Below are positions 9,145-17,060 of a stretch of 24,000 bases of DNA, one piece after another. Position 1 is the stretch's first letter; each line of letters begins with the position of its first letter. The DNA comes from Emticicia sp. C21 (lineage in GTDB: Bacteria; Bacteroidota; Bacteroidia; Cytophagales; Spirosomataceae), in NCBI RefSeq assembly GCF_003418935.1, contig NZ_QVMT01000001.1:388063-412062 (forward strand). Reading direction: 5' to 3'. Both the position numbers and the translations under genes were made by a program. The notes below the pieces were generated by a model that saw only the letters and a list, made by a program, of their open reading frames with translations, was not told where the DNA came from and did not search any database.

Positions 9145-9218
9145 CGGTCCGGACGGGGCTCGAACCCGCGACCCCCTGCGTGACAGGCAGGTATTCTAAC
9201 CAACTGAACTACCGAACC
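9145..9218 (-). tRNA. tRNA-Asp (GTC)
   Basis: Reverse complement GGTTCGGTAGTTCAGTTGGTTAGAATACCTGCCTGTCACGCAGGGGGTCGCGGGTTCGAGCCCCGTCCGGACCG. Acceptor stem GGTTCGG/CCGGACC, anticodon stem CCTGC/GCAGG with loop CTGTCAC, T stem GCGGG/CCCGT with loop TTCGAGC. Confidence 0.95.
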
Positions 9219-9258
9219 GGGTCTCCTAAACGTTGCTGAAACTTTATTTCCCTCATCG

Positions 9259-9291
9259 TTTGGGACTGCAAAGGTAGGGAGATTATATTTG
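9259..9291 (+). promoter_or_regulatory. Bacteroidota sigma-A-type promoter for the DinB-like gene
   Basis: TTTG (9259-9262), 21-nt spacer, TATATTTG (9284-9291), matching the TTTG/TAnnTTTG consensus, upstream of ATG at 9319. Confidence 0.55.
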
Positions 9292-9299
9292 CGTGTCAA
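9269..9299 (-). promoter_or_regulatory. Bacteroidota sigma-A-type promoter for tRNA-Asp
   Basis: On the minus strand, TTG (9299-9297), 20-nt spacer, TACCTTTG (9276-9269), about 50 nt upstream of the tRNA 5' end. Confidence 0.55.
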
Positions 9300-9318
9300 G
9301 ACCTAAATCAAAAAAAAT

Positions 9319-9840
9319 ATGAAAATTTCTAAACCTACCGACAACGAGTACAACACCCAATCACCTCAAAAGAGTTATATTCAGACAGTTACGGCAGAAA
9401 ATGCACTTCAGGCAATGGCTGAAAATATTTTGATTGTGGATAACTTTTTCAAATCATTGCCTCCGGAAAAGCATTTTTACCGCTATGCTGAAGGAAAATG
9501 GACTCCCATTGAAGTTCTGGGGCATATTGTGGATTGTGAAAGAATCCTTGCTTACCGTGCTATGTGTATTGCACGGAACGAAAAACAGTCGTTACCAGGC
9601 TTTGATGAAGCCAATTATGTGGCTGCAACCAACTTTAATAAAAAAAGTCTCAGAAACATACTATTGCAATACAAAGCGCAAAGAAAATCCACTATCTTGC
9701 TATTCAAATCTTTCAGTCAGCGTGAATTGTCTCGTTTGGGTCTGGCCAATAACTGGCCTACTACAGCCCGTGCCCTGGCATGGATTATTGCCGGACATGA
9801 GTTACACCATCTGAATATTCTGAAAGAACGCTATCTGTAA
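9319..9840 (+). CDS. DinB-like family protein
   Basis: 173 aa ORF: 'YAEGKWTPIEVLGHIVDCERILAYRAM...' and 'IIAGHELHHLNILKERYL', with the DinB-superfamily histidine pattern. Confidence 0.85.
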   Translation: MKISKPTDNEYNTQSPQKSYIQTVTAENALQAMAENILIVDNFFKSLPPEKHFYRYAEGKWTPIEVLGHIVDCERILAYRAMCIARNEKQSLPGFDEANYVAATNFNKKSLRNILLQYKAQRKSTILLFKSFSQRELSRLGLANNWPTTARALAWIIAGHELHHLNILKERYL

Positions 9841-9850
9841 AATCATCAAC

Positions 9851-11137
9851 ATGAAGAAAACTTACTTATTTTTTCTCCTGCTGGCAGGATTCCATTCGTT
9901 TGCGCAGAAAATAAGTTCAACGGAAAAGCAAATCATTGAAGATATAAAAGCCAACGTTGCCAAGACCGAGAAATTATTAGAGCAGGTGGTCAACATCAAT
10001 AGTGGTACGCTCAATCATGCTGGAGTAAAACAAGTCGGACAGGTTTTCAGAAAAGAATTTGAGGATATGGGTTTTACTACCGAATGGGTTTCTTTACCTG
10101 ATTCGCTAAATCGGGCTGGGCATCTGGTGGCTTATCGCAAAGGAAAGAAAGGCAAAAAGTTATTTCTGATAGGTCATTTAGACACGGTCTTTGAGAAATC
10201 CATGCCTTTTACGCCTTTCACTCGCCTCAATGATTCTACTGCTACAGGGCAGGGAGTGAACGATATGAAGGGTGGTGATGTGATGATAATTTCTGCATTA
10301 AAAGCTTTACATGGACGAAACCTTTTGGACGACACCTCAATTACTGTTTATTTCACTGGTGACGAAGAGAGCTCAGGCAAGCCTACGAGCATCAGTCGGA
10401 AAGATTTTATCGACCGTGCGAAAGCATCTGATATTGCTTTGGCTTATGAAACTGCTGTGAACTTTAATATAGCAGCAACCGCCCGCAGAGGTGCCAGTGG
10501 TTGGGAACTGACAACTACGGGCAAAACAGGACACTCTTCAGGTCTCTTTAGCCAGAATATGGGTTATGGTGCGATTTATGAAGCGGCCAGAATTCTGGAT
10601 GAATTCAGAGAAGCGCTGAGTAGTGAGAAATATCTTACTTTTAATCCGGGAGTGATTTCCGGTGGTACAACAGTTAGTTATGATCATGGATTAGATAAAG
10701 GTGAAGCGGTTGGGAAAACGAATATTATTGCCCAGAAAGTAATGGTTACTGGTGATTTACGTTTTATTAGTGAAGTTCAGAAAGAAAACGCCAGAACTAA
10801 AATGCGTGAGATTGTAGCCAAGCATCTGAATGGTACCAATGCAGAAATAAAATTTATTGACGGAATCCCTGCCATGGAACCAACGCAGGCAAATGCTGAT
10901 CTATTAAAAGTGCTGAATCAGGTAAGTCTGGATTTGAATATGGGAGAAGTAAGAGCAGGTGACCCGGGTTCACGGGGCGCGGGAGATATATCATACATTG
11001 CACAATATGTACCTTGTCTTGATGGGTTGGGCGCTTCGGGCAAAGGTGCACATGCCCCTGGTGAAACCATTAATCTGAAAGAATTTCCAGGCTTAACACA
11101 GCGCACAGCTTTATTAATTTATCGATTGACACAATGA
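9851..11137 (+). CDS. M20 family metallopeptidase (secreted)
   Basis: 428 aa ORF with signal peptide and M20 motifs: LIGHLDTVFE, GQGVNDMKGGDV, TGDEESSG, and C-terminal GKGAHAPGE. Confidence 0.9.
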   Translation: MKKTYLFFLLLAGFHSFAQKISSTEKQIIEDIKANVAKTEKLLEQVVNINSGTLNHAGVKQVGQVFRKEFEDMGFTTEWVSLPDSLNRAGHLVAYRKGKKGKKLFLIGHLDTVFEKSMPFTPFTRLNDSTATGQGVNDMKGGDVMIISALKALHGRNLLDDTSITVYFTGDEESSGKPTSISRKDFIDRAKASDIALAYETAVNFNIAATARRGASGWELTTTGKTGHSSGLFSQNMGYGAIYEAARILDEFREALSSEKYLTFNPGVISGGTTVSYDHGLDKGEAVGKTNIIAQKVMVTGDLRFISEVQKENARTKMREIVAKHLNGTNAEIKFIDGIPAMEPTQANADLLKVLNQVSLDLNMGEVRAGDPGSRGAGDISYIAQYVPCLDGLGASGKGAHAPGETINLKEFPGLTQRTALLIYRLTQ

Positions 11138-12234
11138 GAATAAGAGATTTAACAGCCCATCTTGAAAAATTAGCTCCCCTATCCTATCAGGAATCTTACG
11201 ATAATGCAGGTTTAATTGTTGGAAACCCAAACGAAATAATTACTGGTGTCTTGGTAAGTCTTGATTCGACTGAGGATGTTGTGGAAGAGGCCATTCAACG
11301 TGGTTGTAATCTGATTGTGGCACATCATCCAATTGTGTTTAAGGGTTTAAAGAAAATCACGGGTAAAAACTATGTAGAACGCACCATCATAAAAGCCATC
11401 AAAAATGATATAGCTATTTATGCTACCCATACCAATCTGGATAATGTGGTGAATGGGGTTAGTTTCAAAATTGCTCAATTATTAGGTTTGCAACAGGTAA
11501 AAATCTTGGCGCCAAAAAGCGACTTGCTGATGAAACTCGTCGTGTTTGTTCCGGTTGAAAGCACAGGACAGCTATTAGATGCCCTCTACGCCGCCGGAGC
11601 AGGTGAAATCGGTAATTATAGTCAGTGCAGTTTCAGAGTGGAAGGGAAAGGCACTTTTAAACCTAATTCGCAAGCGAATCCTACCATCGGACAGACGGGA
11701 GGGCCGATGGAAGAGGTAGAAGAGAATCGGGTAGAAGTCATTTTTCCGGCTTATCTTAAAAACCCGATTTTAGCAGCCATGCGTAAGGGACATGTATATG
11801 AAGAAGTGGCGTATTACCTGACTGCATTGGATAACGAAAATCAGGAAGTGGGCTCGGGAGCGATTGGAGTTCTTCCACAAGAGATGGTTGAAACAGATTT
11901 TTTGGCTTATTTGAAACAAAAGATGCAGGTTTCAGTTATTCGACATACAAGCCTACTTGAAAAACCCATCAAAAAAGTAGCCGTATGTGGTGGAGCGGGA
12001 AGTTTTCTATTGGGTGATGCCATGCGGTCTGGTGCCGACATCTTTATTACGGCCGATTACAAGTACCACGAGTTTTTTGATGCCGAAAATCGCATTATCA
12101 TAGCCGATATCGGGCATTATGAAAGCGAGCACTTTACAAAAGAATTATTGAAAGATTATATTTGCAAAAAATTCACTAACTTTGCAGTCCATTTGTCGGA
12201 AACACCTACAAATCCGGTGAAATATTATTATTAA
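11134..12234 (+). CDS. Nif3-like dinuclear metal center hexameric protein
   Basis: 366 aa ORF: 'LAPLSYQESYDNAGLIVGNP...VAHHPIVFKGLKKITG...AIYATHTNLDNV' and 'ADYKYHEFFDAENRIIIADIGHYESE'. It overlaps the upstream stop codon by 4 nt (ATGA). Confidence 0.93.
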   Translation: MRIRDLTAHLEKLAPLSYQESYDNAGLIVGNPNEIITGVLVSLDSTEDVVEEAIQRGCNLIVAHHPIVFKGLKKITGKNYVERTIIKAIKNDIAIYATHTNLDNVVNGVSFKIAQLLGLQQVKILAPKSDLLMKLVVFVPVESTGQLLDALYAAGAGEIGNYSQCSFRVEGKGTFKPNSQANPTIGQTGGPMEEVEENRVEVIFPAYLKNPILAAMRKGHVYEEVAYYLTALDNENQEVGSGAIGVLPQEMVETDFLAYLKQKMQVSVIRHTSLLEKPIKKVAVCGGAGSFLLGDAMRSGADIFITADYKYHEFFDAENRIIIADIGHYESEHFTKELLKDYICKKFTNFAVHLSETPTNPVKYYY

Positions 12235-12336
12235 TCAATGGAGTATTGAGGTAAAATGGCTTGGAGTTCATTGACCTTTTATACCAAAAAACAAAGCTTT
12301 AAAATCAAGACGCTCCGCCGTAGCGGTTCATATATT

Positions 12337-13077
12337 ATGGAATTAACAGTTGCACAAAAATTAGAAGCTCTTCTTAATCTTCAATCGATTGATTCTGAAT
12401 TAGACGAAATTAAAAAGCTACGTGGTGATTTGCCAGACGAAGTACGTGACTTAGAAGATGAGGTGGTTGGCTTTGAAACGCGTATTTCAAAATTTAAAAG
12501 AGAAGTAGATACTTTAGATGCTGAAATCAACGGCTATCGTTTGAATAAAAAAGATGCTGAAAAGTTGATTCAGAAGTATAAAGACCAACAAATGAACGTT
12601 CGTAACAACCGTGAATACGACGCGATTTCAAAAGAGTTGGAGTTACAGGAACTGGAAATTCAGTTGGCTGACAAACGTATTAAAGAAGCTGATTTCAAAA
12701 TCAGAAATAAAAATACTGAAATTGCGGATGTAGAATCAGCAATGAATGCCCGTAAAAAAGACCTTGAGGCCAAACGTAAAGAGTTAGATGTATTAGTAGC
12801 TGAAAGTCAGGAAGAGGAAAAGGCTTTGGTTGGGAATCGTGACAAAGCAGCAACTAATGTTGAAGAACGTCTGATTAATGCTTACAACCGTATTCGTGGT
12901 AATGCAGGTAATGGCTTGGCGGTTGTAATGGTAAGACGCGGTGCTTGCGGTGGATGTTTCAATATTGTTCCTCCACAACGTCAGGCTGATATTAAAGATA
13001 AGAAGAAAATCATCGTTTGCGAACACTGTGGCCGTATCCTGGCCGATGTTGATGCAATCGAGATTAGTAGAAGATAA
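12337..13077 (+). CDS. Zinc ribbon (C4-type, DUF164) coiled-coil protein
   Basis: ORF track gives 12256..13077, but homologous-looking sequence starts at MELTVAQKLEALLNLQSIDSELDEI (12337). Long coiled coil followed by RRGACGGCFNIVPPQ...IIVCEHCGRIL. Confidence 0.88.
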   Translation: MELTVAQKLEALLNLQSIDSELDEIKKLRGDLPDEVRDLEDEVVGFETRISKFKREVDTLDAEINGYRLNKKDAEKLIQKYKDQQMNVRNNREYDAISKELELQELEIQLADKRIKEADFKIRNKNTEIADVESAMNARKKDLEAKRKELDVLVAESQEEEKALVGNRDKAATNVEERLINAYNRIRGNAGNGLAVVMVRRGACGGCFNIVPPQRQADIKDKKKIIVCEHCGRILADVDAIEISRR

Positions 13078-13096
13078 TAACTCTTATTGCCATGAT

Positions 13097-13137
13097 AAGC
13101 CAAATTTTCAATCAAACGAAGATTTGGCTTTTTTATT
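13097..13137 (+). terminator. Rho-independent terminator after the DUF164 gene
   Basis: AAGCCAAAT ... ATTTGGCTT followed by TTTT. Confidence 0.8.
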
Positions 13138-13155
13138 TACCAAAACTAAAGTTTA

Positions 13156-14667
13156 GTGCCTAAGTATCGTCATATTGCTCAATTGCCATTCCTCTCTTTT
13201 TGCAGAGTGGCCTTGCTGTTTGCGCTTTCCCTTCCCACTTTTGCATTCGAGGCTGAATTCACTTCTAATCTCCAAAAGGCATATGCCGAGATTTTCAAAT
13301 TAAGAGTGCAAACGGGCAGAGATTTATTAACCAAAGAGAGTACTAAGAATCCATTCAGAGTTTATGCTGAAAACTATGCTGATATGGTGGAATTGCTTAA
13401 TTCGGAAGATGAAGATGCTTATGAGCGAATAGTAGATAAGGAAAGTGAACGATTGGATTTGATTGAGAAGACAGATAAAAAATCGCCGTATAATCGTTTT
13501 CTGAGAGCAGAATTGAAAATCCATTGGGCATTGCTTAAAATCCGTTTTGGGCATGAAGTAAAAGCTGCCTGGAATATTATTCAGGCATATAGGTTATTAG
13601 AAGAGAATCAGAAGCTATTCCCTAAATTCTTACCTAATCTAAAATCAATTGGTTGTTTGCATATTCTGGTGGGTTCTATCCCTGAGAATCAGAAATGGGT
13701 TACTAGTTTTTTAGGATTAAAAGGGAATATTCAGCAAGGGCTAAAAGAATTGGAATTGGCCTCTCATGATAAAATATGGGGTCTGGAAACTAGTTTCTGC
13801 CAGTTCTTTATTCAGTCTTATATATTGCCATATAATGAGCAGGTCAATGAAGCATTGCTACGGGCGGTAGATCTGCATGAAGATAATTTAAATCTAAATT
13901 TTCTAGCAACAGCGATCTCCCTTAAAGGTGGGCGCACTGAACAAGCGGCTTCTTTAATGCGTAAAAACCCTTATAATGCCTCTTATTTGTATTTCCCCGT
14001 CTTTGAGTTATATAGAGGTGAAATCAATCTGTTTAAGGGTAATTATTATCAGGCTAGTTTGGCATATCAAACCTATATCCGTAACTTTAAAGGGAAGGCC
14101 TTTCTAAAAGACACTTACTACAAATTATTCCTATGCAGTTGGTTGGCAGGAGATGAAAAGAAAGGTTTAACTTATATTCAGAAGATTCCAGTAGTGGGTA
14201 GTACAATTGCAGAATCTGATAAGGCTGCACAAAAGTTCTATGAGAATTATACTAAAACGAATACTTTACCTAATAAGTCATTGATTAAAGTCAGGTTAGC
14301 TTTTGATGCAGGTTATTATGATAAAGCTTTACATGAAGCTGAGAATTTATCGGAGAATAATTTTACCTCACCTAAAGATAAGGCTGATTTTAATTATAGA
14401 ATCGCAAGGGTTTATCATAAAACTGAGCAATTGGACAAAGCCATTGCTTATTATGACAGAGCCATTTTATTGACAGATAAAGCAAAAGATCTTCAATGGC
14501 ATTTTGGGGCAAGTGCAGCTTTACAATTAGGTTATATATATCAAGAGAAAAATCAGCATTTAAAGGCTAAAAGTGAGTTTGAGAAGGCTATTTCTTATAA
14601 ACGCCATGAGTATAAAACTTCGATAGATAACAAGGCCAGAGCGGCTTTGACTGCTATGGGTTTTTAG
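13156..14667 (+). CDS. Tetratricopeptide-repeat protein (secreted/periplasmic)
   Basis: 503 aa ORF with N-terminal signal-like segment and C-terminal TPR units (FNYRIARVYHKTEQLDKAIAYYDRAILLTD; AALQLGYIYQEKNQHLKAKSEFEKAISY). Confidence 0.75.
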   Translation: MPKYRHIAQLPFLSFCRVALLFALSLPTFAFEAEFTSNLQKAYAEIFKLRVQTGRDLLTKESTKNPFRVYAENYADMVELLNSEDEDAYERIVDKESERLDLIEKTDKKSPYNRFLRAELKIHWALLKIRFGHEVKAAWNIIQAYRLLEENQKLFPKFLPNLKSIGCLHILVGSIPENQKWVTSFLGLKGNIQQGLKELELASHDKIWGLETSFCQFFIQSYILPYNEQVNEALLRAVDLHEDNLNLNFLATAISLKGGRTEQAASLMRKNPYNASYLYFPVFELYRGEINLFKGNYYQASLAYQTYIRNFKGKAFLKDTYYKLFLCSWLAGDEKKGLTYIQKIPVVGSTIAESDKAAQKFYENYTKTNTLPNKSLIKVRLAFDAGYYDKALHEAENLSENNFTSPKDKADFNYRIARVYHKTEQLDKAIAYYDRAILLTDKAKDLQWHFGASAALQLGYIYQEKNQHLKAKSEFEKAISYKRHEYKTSIDNKARAALTAMGF

Positions 14668-14736
14668 TTTTCTCAAAACATTCATAGAATCTTGAAGACG
14701 CAATTACTGCGTCTCTACAATTAAGTCTTGTCCAAC

Positions 14737-16512
14737 TTAAAACACCAATTCCATACCCAATTTCTCCTTTAAATCCCAAAGGGCTGGGTTTTTGTTGGCC
14801 AGGTATTCAAATTTTTCCTGTGCAGTATAGGGGCGGCGTTCGATTTGGGACTCAACAATTTCTGATGCAATCTGAATAGTGTTGTTTTGTAATTGCTGAC
14901 GAAGATACACAGCTAAATCCTGCTTCATTTGGGTCAGCAAATCCATTTGTACCTGATTATCTAATCTTAATTTGAGGATATGGCCCTCTACGAGATTAAA
15001 ATCTCGTTTCAGCATTACCTCTATCGTGGCATTGTTACGAGAATCCGCAAAAGTGTGTAGCTCTCTTTTGAGTTGCTCTAAAGTAAAAGGCTTGTTTGCA
15101 CTGATATTACTAATAGCAGGTTCGTTAGCCTGATTAGTCTGGCCACCCGAAGAAGGTAATTCTACATCAACATTTGTCGATTTAAACTTTGACGGTGTAA
15201 AATTTGGTCTTGACGTTGATATGACCGGTAGCTCATTCTTTACTTGGGTGCTAACTGCCGGAGTAGATGGTGGTATATGAGTAATAGTAGGTGTAACACT
15301 CACAGGCTGGCTTACTGTATTCTGTATTACAGGTTGTGGCTGATTAGGCACAGATGCTACATTACTCTTTTTTTTTTCGTCAGCCGTGCTACCTGATAAT
15401 TCACTTAGATTTAAAACCTGTTGAATCTGTGAAAGTTTCATCAAGCCAATCTCCACATGTAATCGCTGGTTTTTGGCAGATTTATAATTAATATCTAAAT
15501 GGCTACCAACACTTAACGACGATAAGATATAACCTAAAGGCAATTTGCCTGATTGTTCTAAATAGCGTCTTTGGGTTGATTCAGCTACTTGTAATAGTTT
15601 TACGGTTTGCTGGTCTTTACTTACCATCAAGTTTCTGAAATGTTCGTTTAAGCCTACTACAAACTGATGTCCGTCAAAGCCTTTTTCCAAAACATCGTTG
15701 TATAATAGCAAAGAACCTGCAATATCGCCACTGTATAGAGAATCTGTCATTCTGAAATAATAATCATAATCCAGAATATGCAGATTATCTAAAACCGACT
15801 TATAAGTCAATTCATTGCCTGCCGCAAAGGTTACGTTCAGATCAAACATTGACAAAGCATCGCGTAAACCACCATCAGCTTTCTGAGCAATCAGTTCTAA
15901 AGCCTGATAATCAGCCTTGATGTTCTCTTTATCAGCGACATTAGCCAGATGGTCGGCCATGTCTTTTATCTGAATCCGATTGAAATCAAAAATCTGACAA
16001 CGACTTAGAATAGTAGGCAGAATTTTATGTTTCTCCGTTGTAGCCAGAATAAAAATAGCGTAGCTTGGTGGTTCTTCTAATGTTTTCAGAAAAGCATTAA
16101 ATGCTGCCTGTGAAAGCATGTGAACCTCATCAATGATATATACTTTGTATTTGCCGTATTGTGGAGGAAAACGAACCTGGTCGGTCAGGTTTCTGATATC
16201 TTCTACCGAGTTGTTTGAAGCCGCATCTAATTCATGAATATTGAAAGAGGCATTATTATTAAAACTCTTACAGGATTCACATTCGTTACAAGGCGAAATA
16301 TCTTCGCCCAGATTCTGACAGTTGATAGTTTTAGCCAAAATTCTGGCACAAGTGGTCTTCCCTACCCCACGTGGCCCACAAAACAAAAACGCCTGAGCCA
16401 AATGATTGGTTCTGATAGCATTTTGCAGGGTAGTAGTGATATGAGACTGCCCTACTACGGCATCGAAGGTAATAGGACGATACTTACGCGCTGAAACTAC
16501 AAACTTTTCCAT
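14737..16512 (-). CDS. dnaX: DNA polymerase III subunit gamma/tau
   Basis: 591 aa ORF: MEKFVVSARKYRPITFDAVVGQ..., Walker A GPRGVGKTTCARI, zinc-binding C..C..C motif (CNECESC), DEVHMLS, LEEPP, SRC sensor motif. Confidence 0.97.
   Translation of the reverse strand: MEKFVVSARKYRPITFDAVVGQSHITTTLQNAIRTNHLAQAFLFCGPRGVGKTTCARILAKTINCQNLGEDISPCNECESCKSFNNNASFNIHELDAASNNSVEDIRNLTDQVRFPPQYGKYKVYIIDEVHMLSQAAFNAFLKTLEEPPSYAIFILATTEKHKILPTILSRCQIFDFNRIQIKDMADHLANVADKENIKADYQALELIAQKADGGLRDALSMFDLNVTFAAGNELTYKSVLDNLHILDYDYYFRMTDSLYSGDIAGSLLLYNDVLEKGFDGHQFVVGLNEHFRNLMVSKDQQTVKLLQVAESTQRRYLEQSGKLPLGYILSSLSVGSHLDINYKSAKNQRLHVEIGLMKLSQIQQVLNLSELSGSTADEKKKSNVASVPNQPQPVIQNTVSQPVSVTPTITHIPPSTPAVSTQVKNELPVISTSRPNFTPSKFKSTNVDVELPSSGGQTNQANEPAISNISANKPFTLEQLKRELHTFADSRNNATIEVMLKRDFNLVEGHILKLRLDNQVQMDLLTQMKQDLAVYLRQQLQNNTIQIASEIVESQIERRPYTAQEKFEYLANKNPALWDLKEKLGMELVF
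15362..15377 (-). promoter_or_regulatory. Candidate dnaX slippage/frameshift site with -1 frame stop
   Basis: Coding strand GAC GAA AAA AAA AAG AGT AAT (A10 run at plus 15368..15377). In the -1 frame this reads ...AAA GAG TAA, with TAA at 15364..15362. Confidence 0.6.
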
Positions 16513-16628
16513 GGTGCAAGTTACAAAAAAACAAAAGGGCGACCAAAAATGATAGCCCTATTCGCAAGATTTATTTAGCTTTGCCGTGTTAATTTTGTGT
16601 TATTAATTCTTGATTTTTCTTTTGCATT

Positions 16629-17003
16629 ATGGATAATAAACTATCTATCAAGGCATTCAACCATGTGGCATTGCAGGTAAGCGATATTGACCGTAGTGCA
16701 GATTTTTATGCAAACGTACTTGACCTGCAGGAAATCCAGATTCCGGCTTTTGATTATCCTGTCAGATGGTTTAGTTTGGGTGCTAACCGTGAGCTACATC
16801 TCATTGGCAGAAAAGAAAATGGTGCCTCAACAGGCATAAGAGGGAATCATTTCTGTTTAGAAGTAACAGATATTCTGCAAGCCGAAATGTATATAAAGGA
16901 TTTAGGTATAGATTATATGCCTATTAAACTTCGCCCTGATGGGGTCAAACAATTATTTTTGACTGACCCAGATGGGCATTATATTGAATTGTGTGAGATG
17001 TGA
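16629..17003 (+). CDS. VOC family protein (glyoxalase/bleomycin resistance fold)
   Basis: 124 aa ORF: 'FNHVALQVSDIDRSADFYANVLDL...HFCLEVTDI...FLTDPDGHYIELCEM'. Confidence 0.93.
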   Translation: MDNKLSIKAFNHVALQVSDIDRSADFYANVLDLQEIQIPAFDYPVRWFSLGANRELHLIGRKENGASTGIRGNHFCLEVTDILQAEMYIKDLGIDYMPIKLRPDGVKQLFLTDPDGHYIELCEM

Positions 17004-17060
17004 TTAAAAATTAATTACCGTGCGGCGGCCGCTCATTCACCTAATCACTCAATTTTAAAT

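Noticed and set aside
8878-9183. 101-aa ORF 'MRSGRGSKRNVAPSATHCVTG...GRGSNPRPPA'
   Set aside because: It is the antisense translation of the tRNA-Asp array. The internal peptide repeat simply reflects the three tandem tRNA-like units, and 'GRGSNPRPP' is the usual spurious translation across tRNA T-arms.
8852-9218. Integrated mobile element at the tRNA-Asp gene
   Set aside because: No integrase, recombinase or cargo genes are present. The spaces between copies are only terminator-sized, so at most these are scars.
9090-9299. 69-aa minus-strand ORF '...RIPACHAGGRGFEPRPDRKKHS...'
   Set aside because: It overlaps the tRNA gene and its promoter and is a typical false ORF translated from tRNA sequence.
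9434-9814. 126-aa ORF overlapping the DinB-like gene in another frame
   Set aside because: The 173-aa frame has recognisable family motifs and a good upstream promoter. This one is a same-strand shadow ORF.
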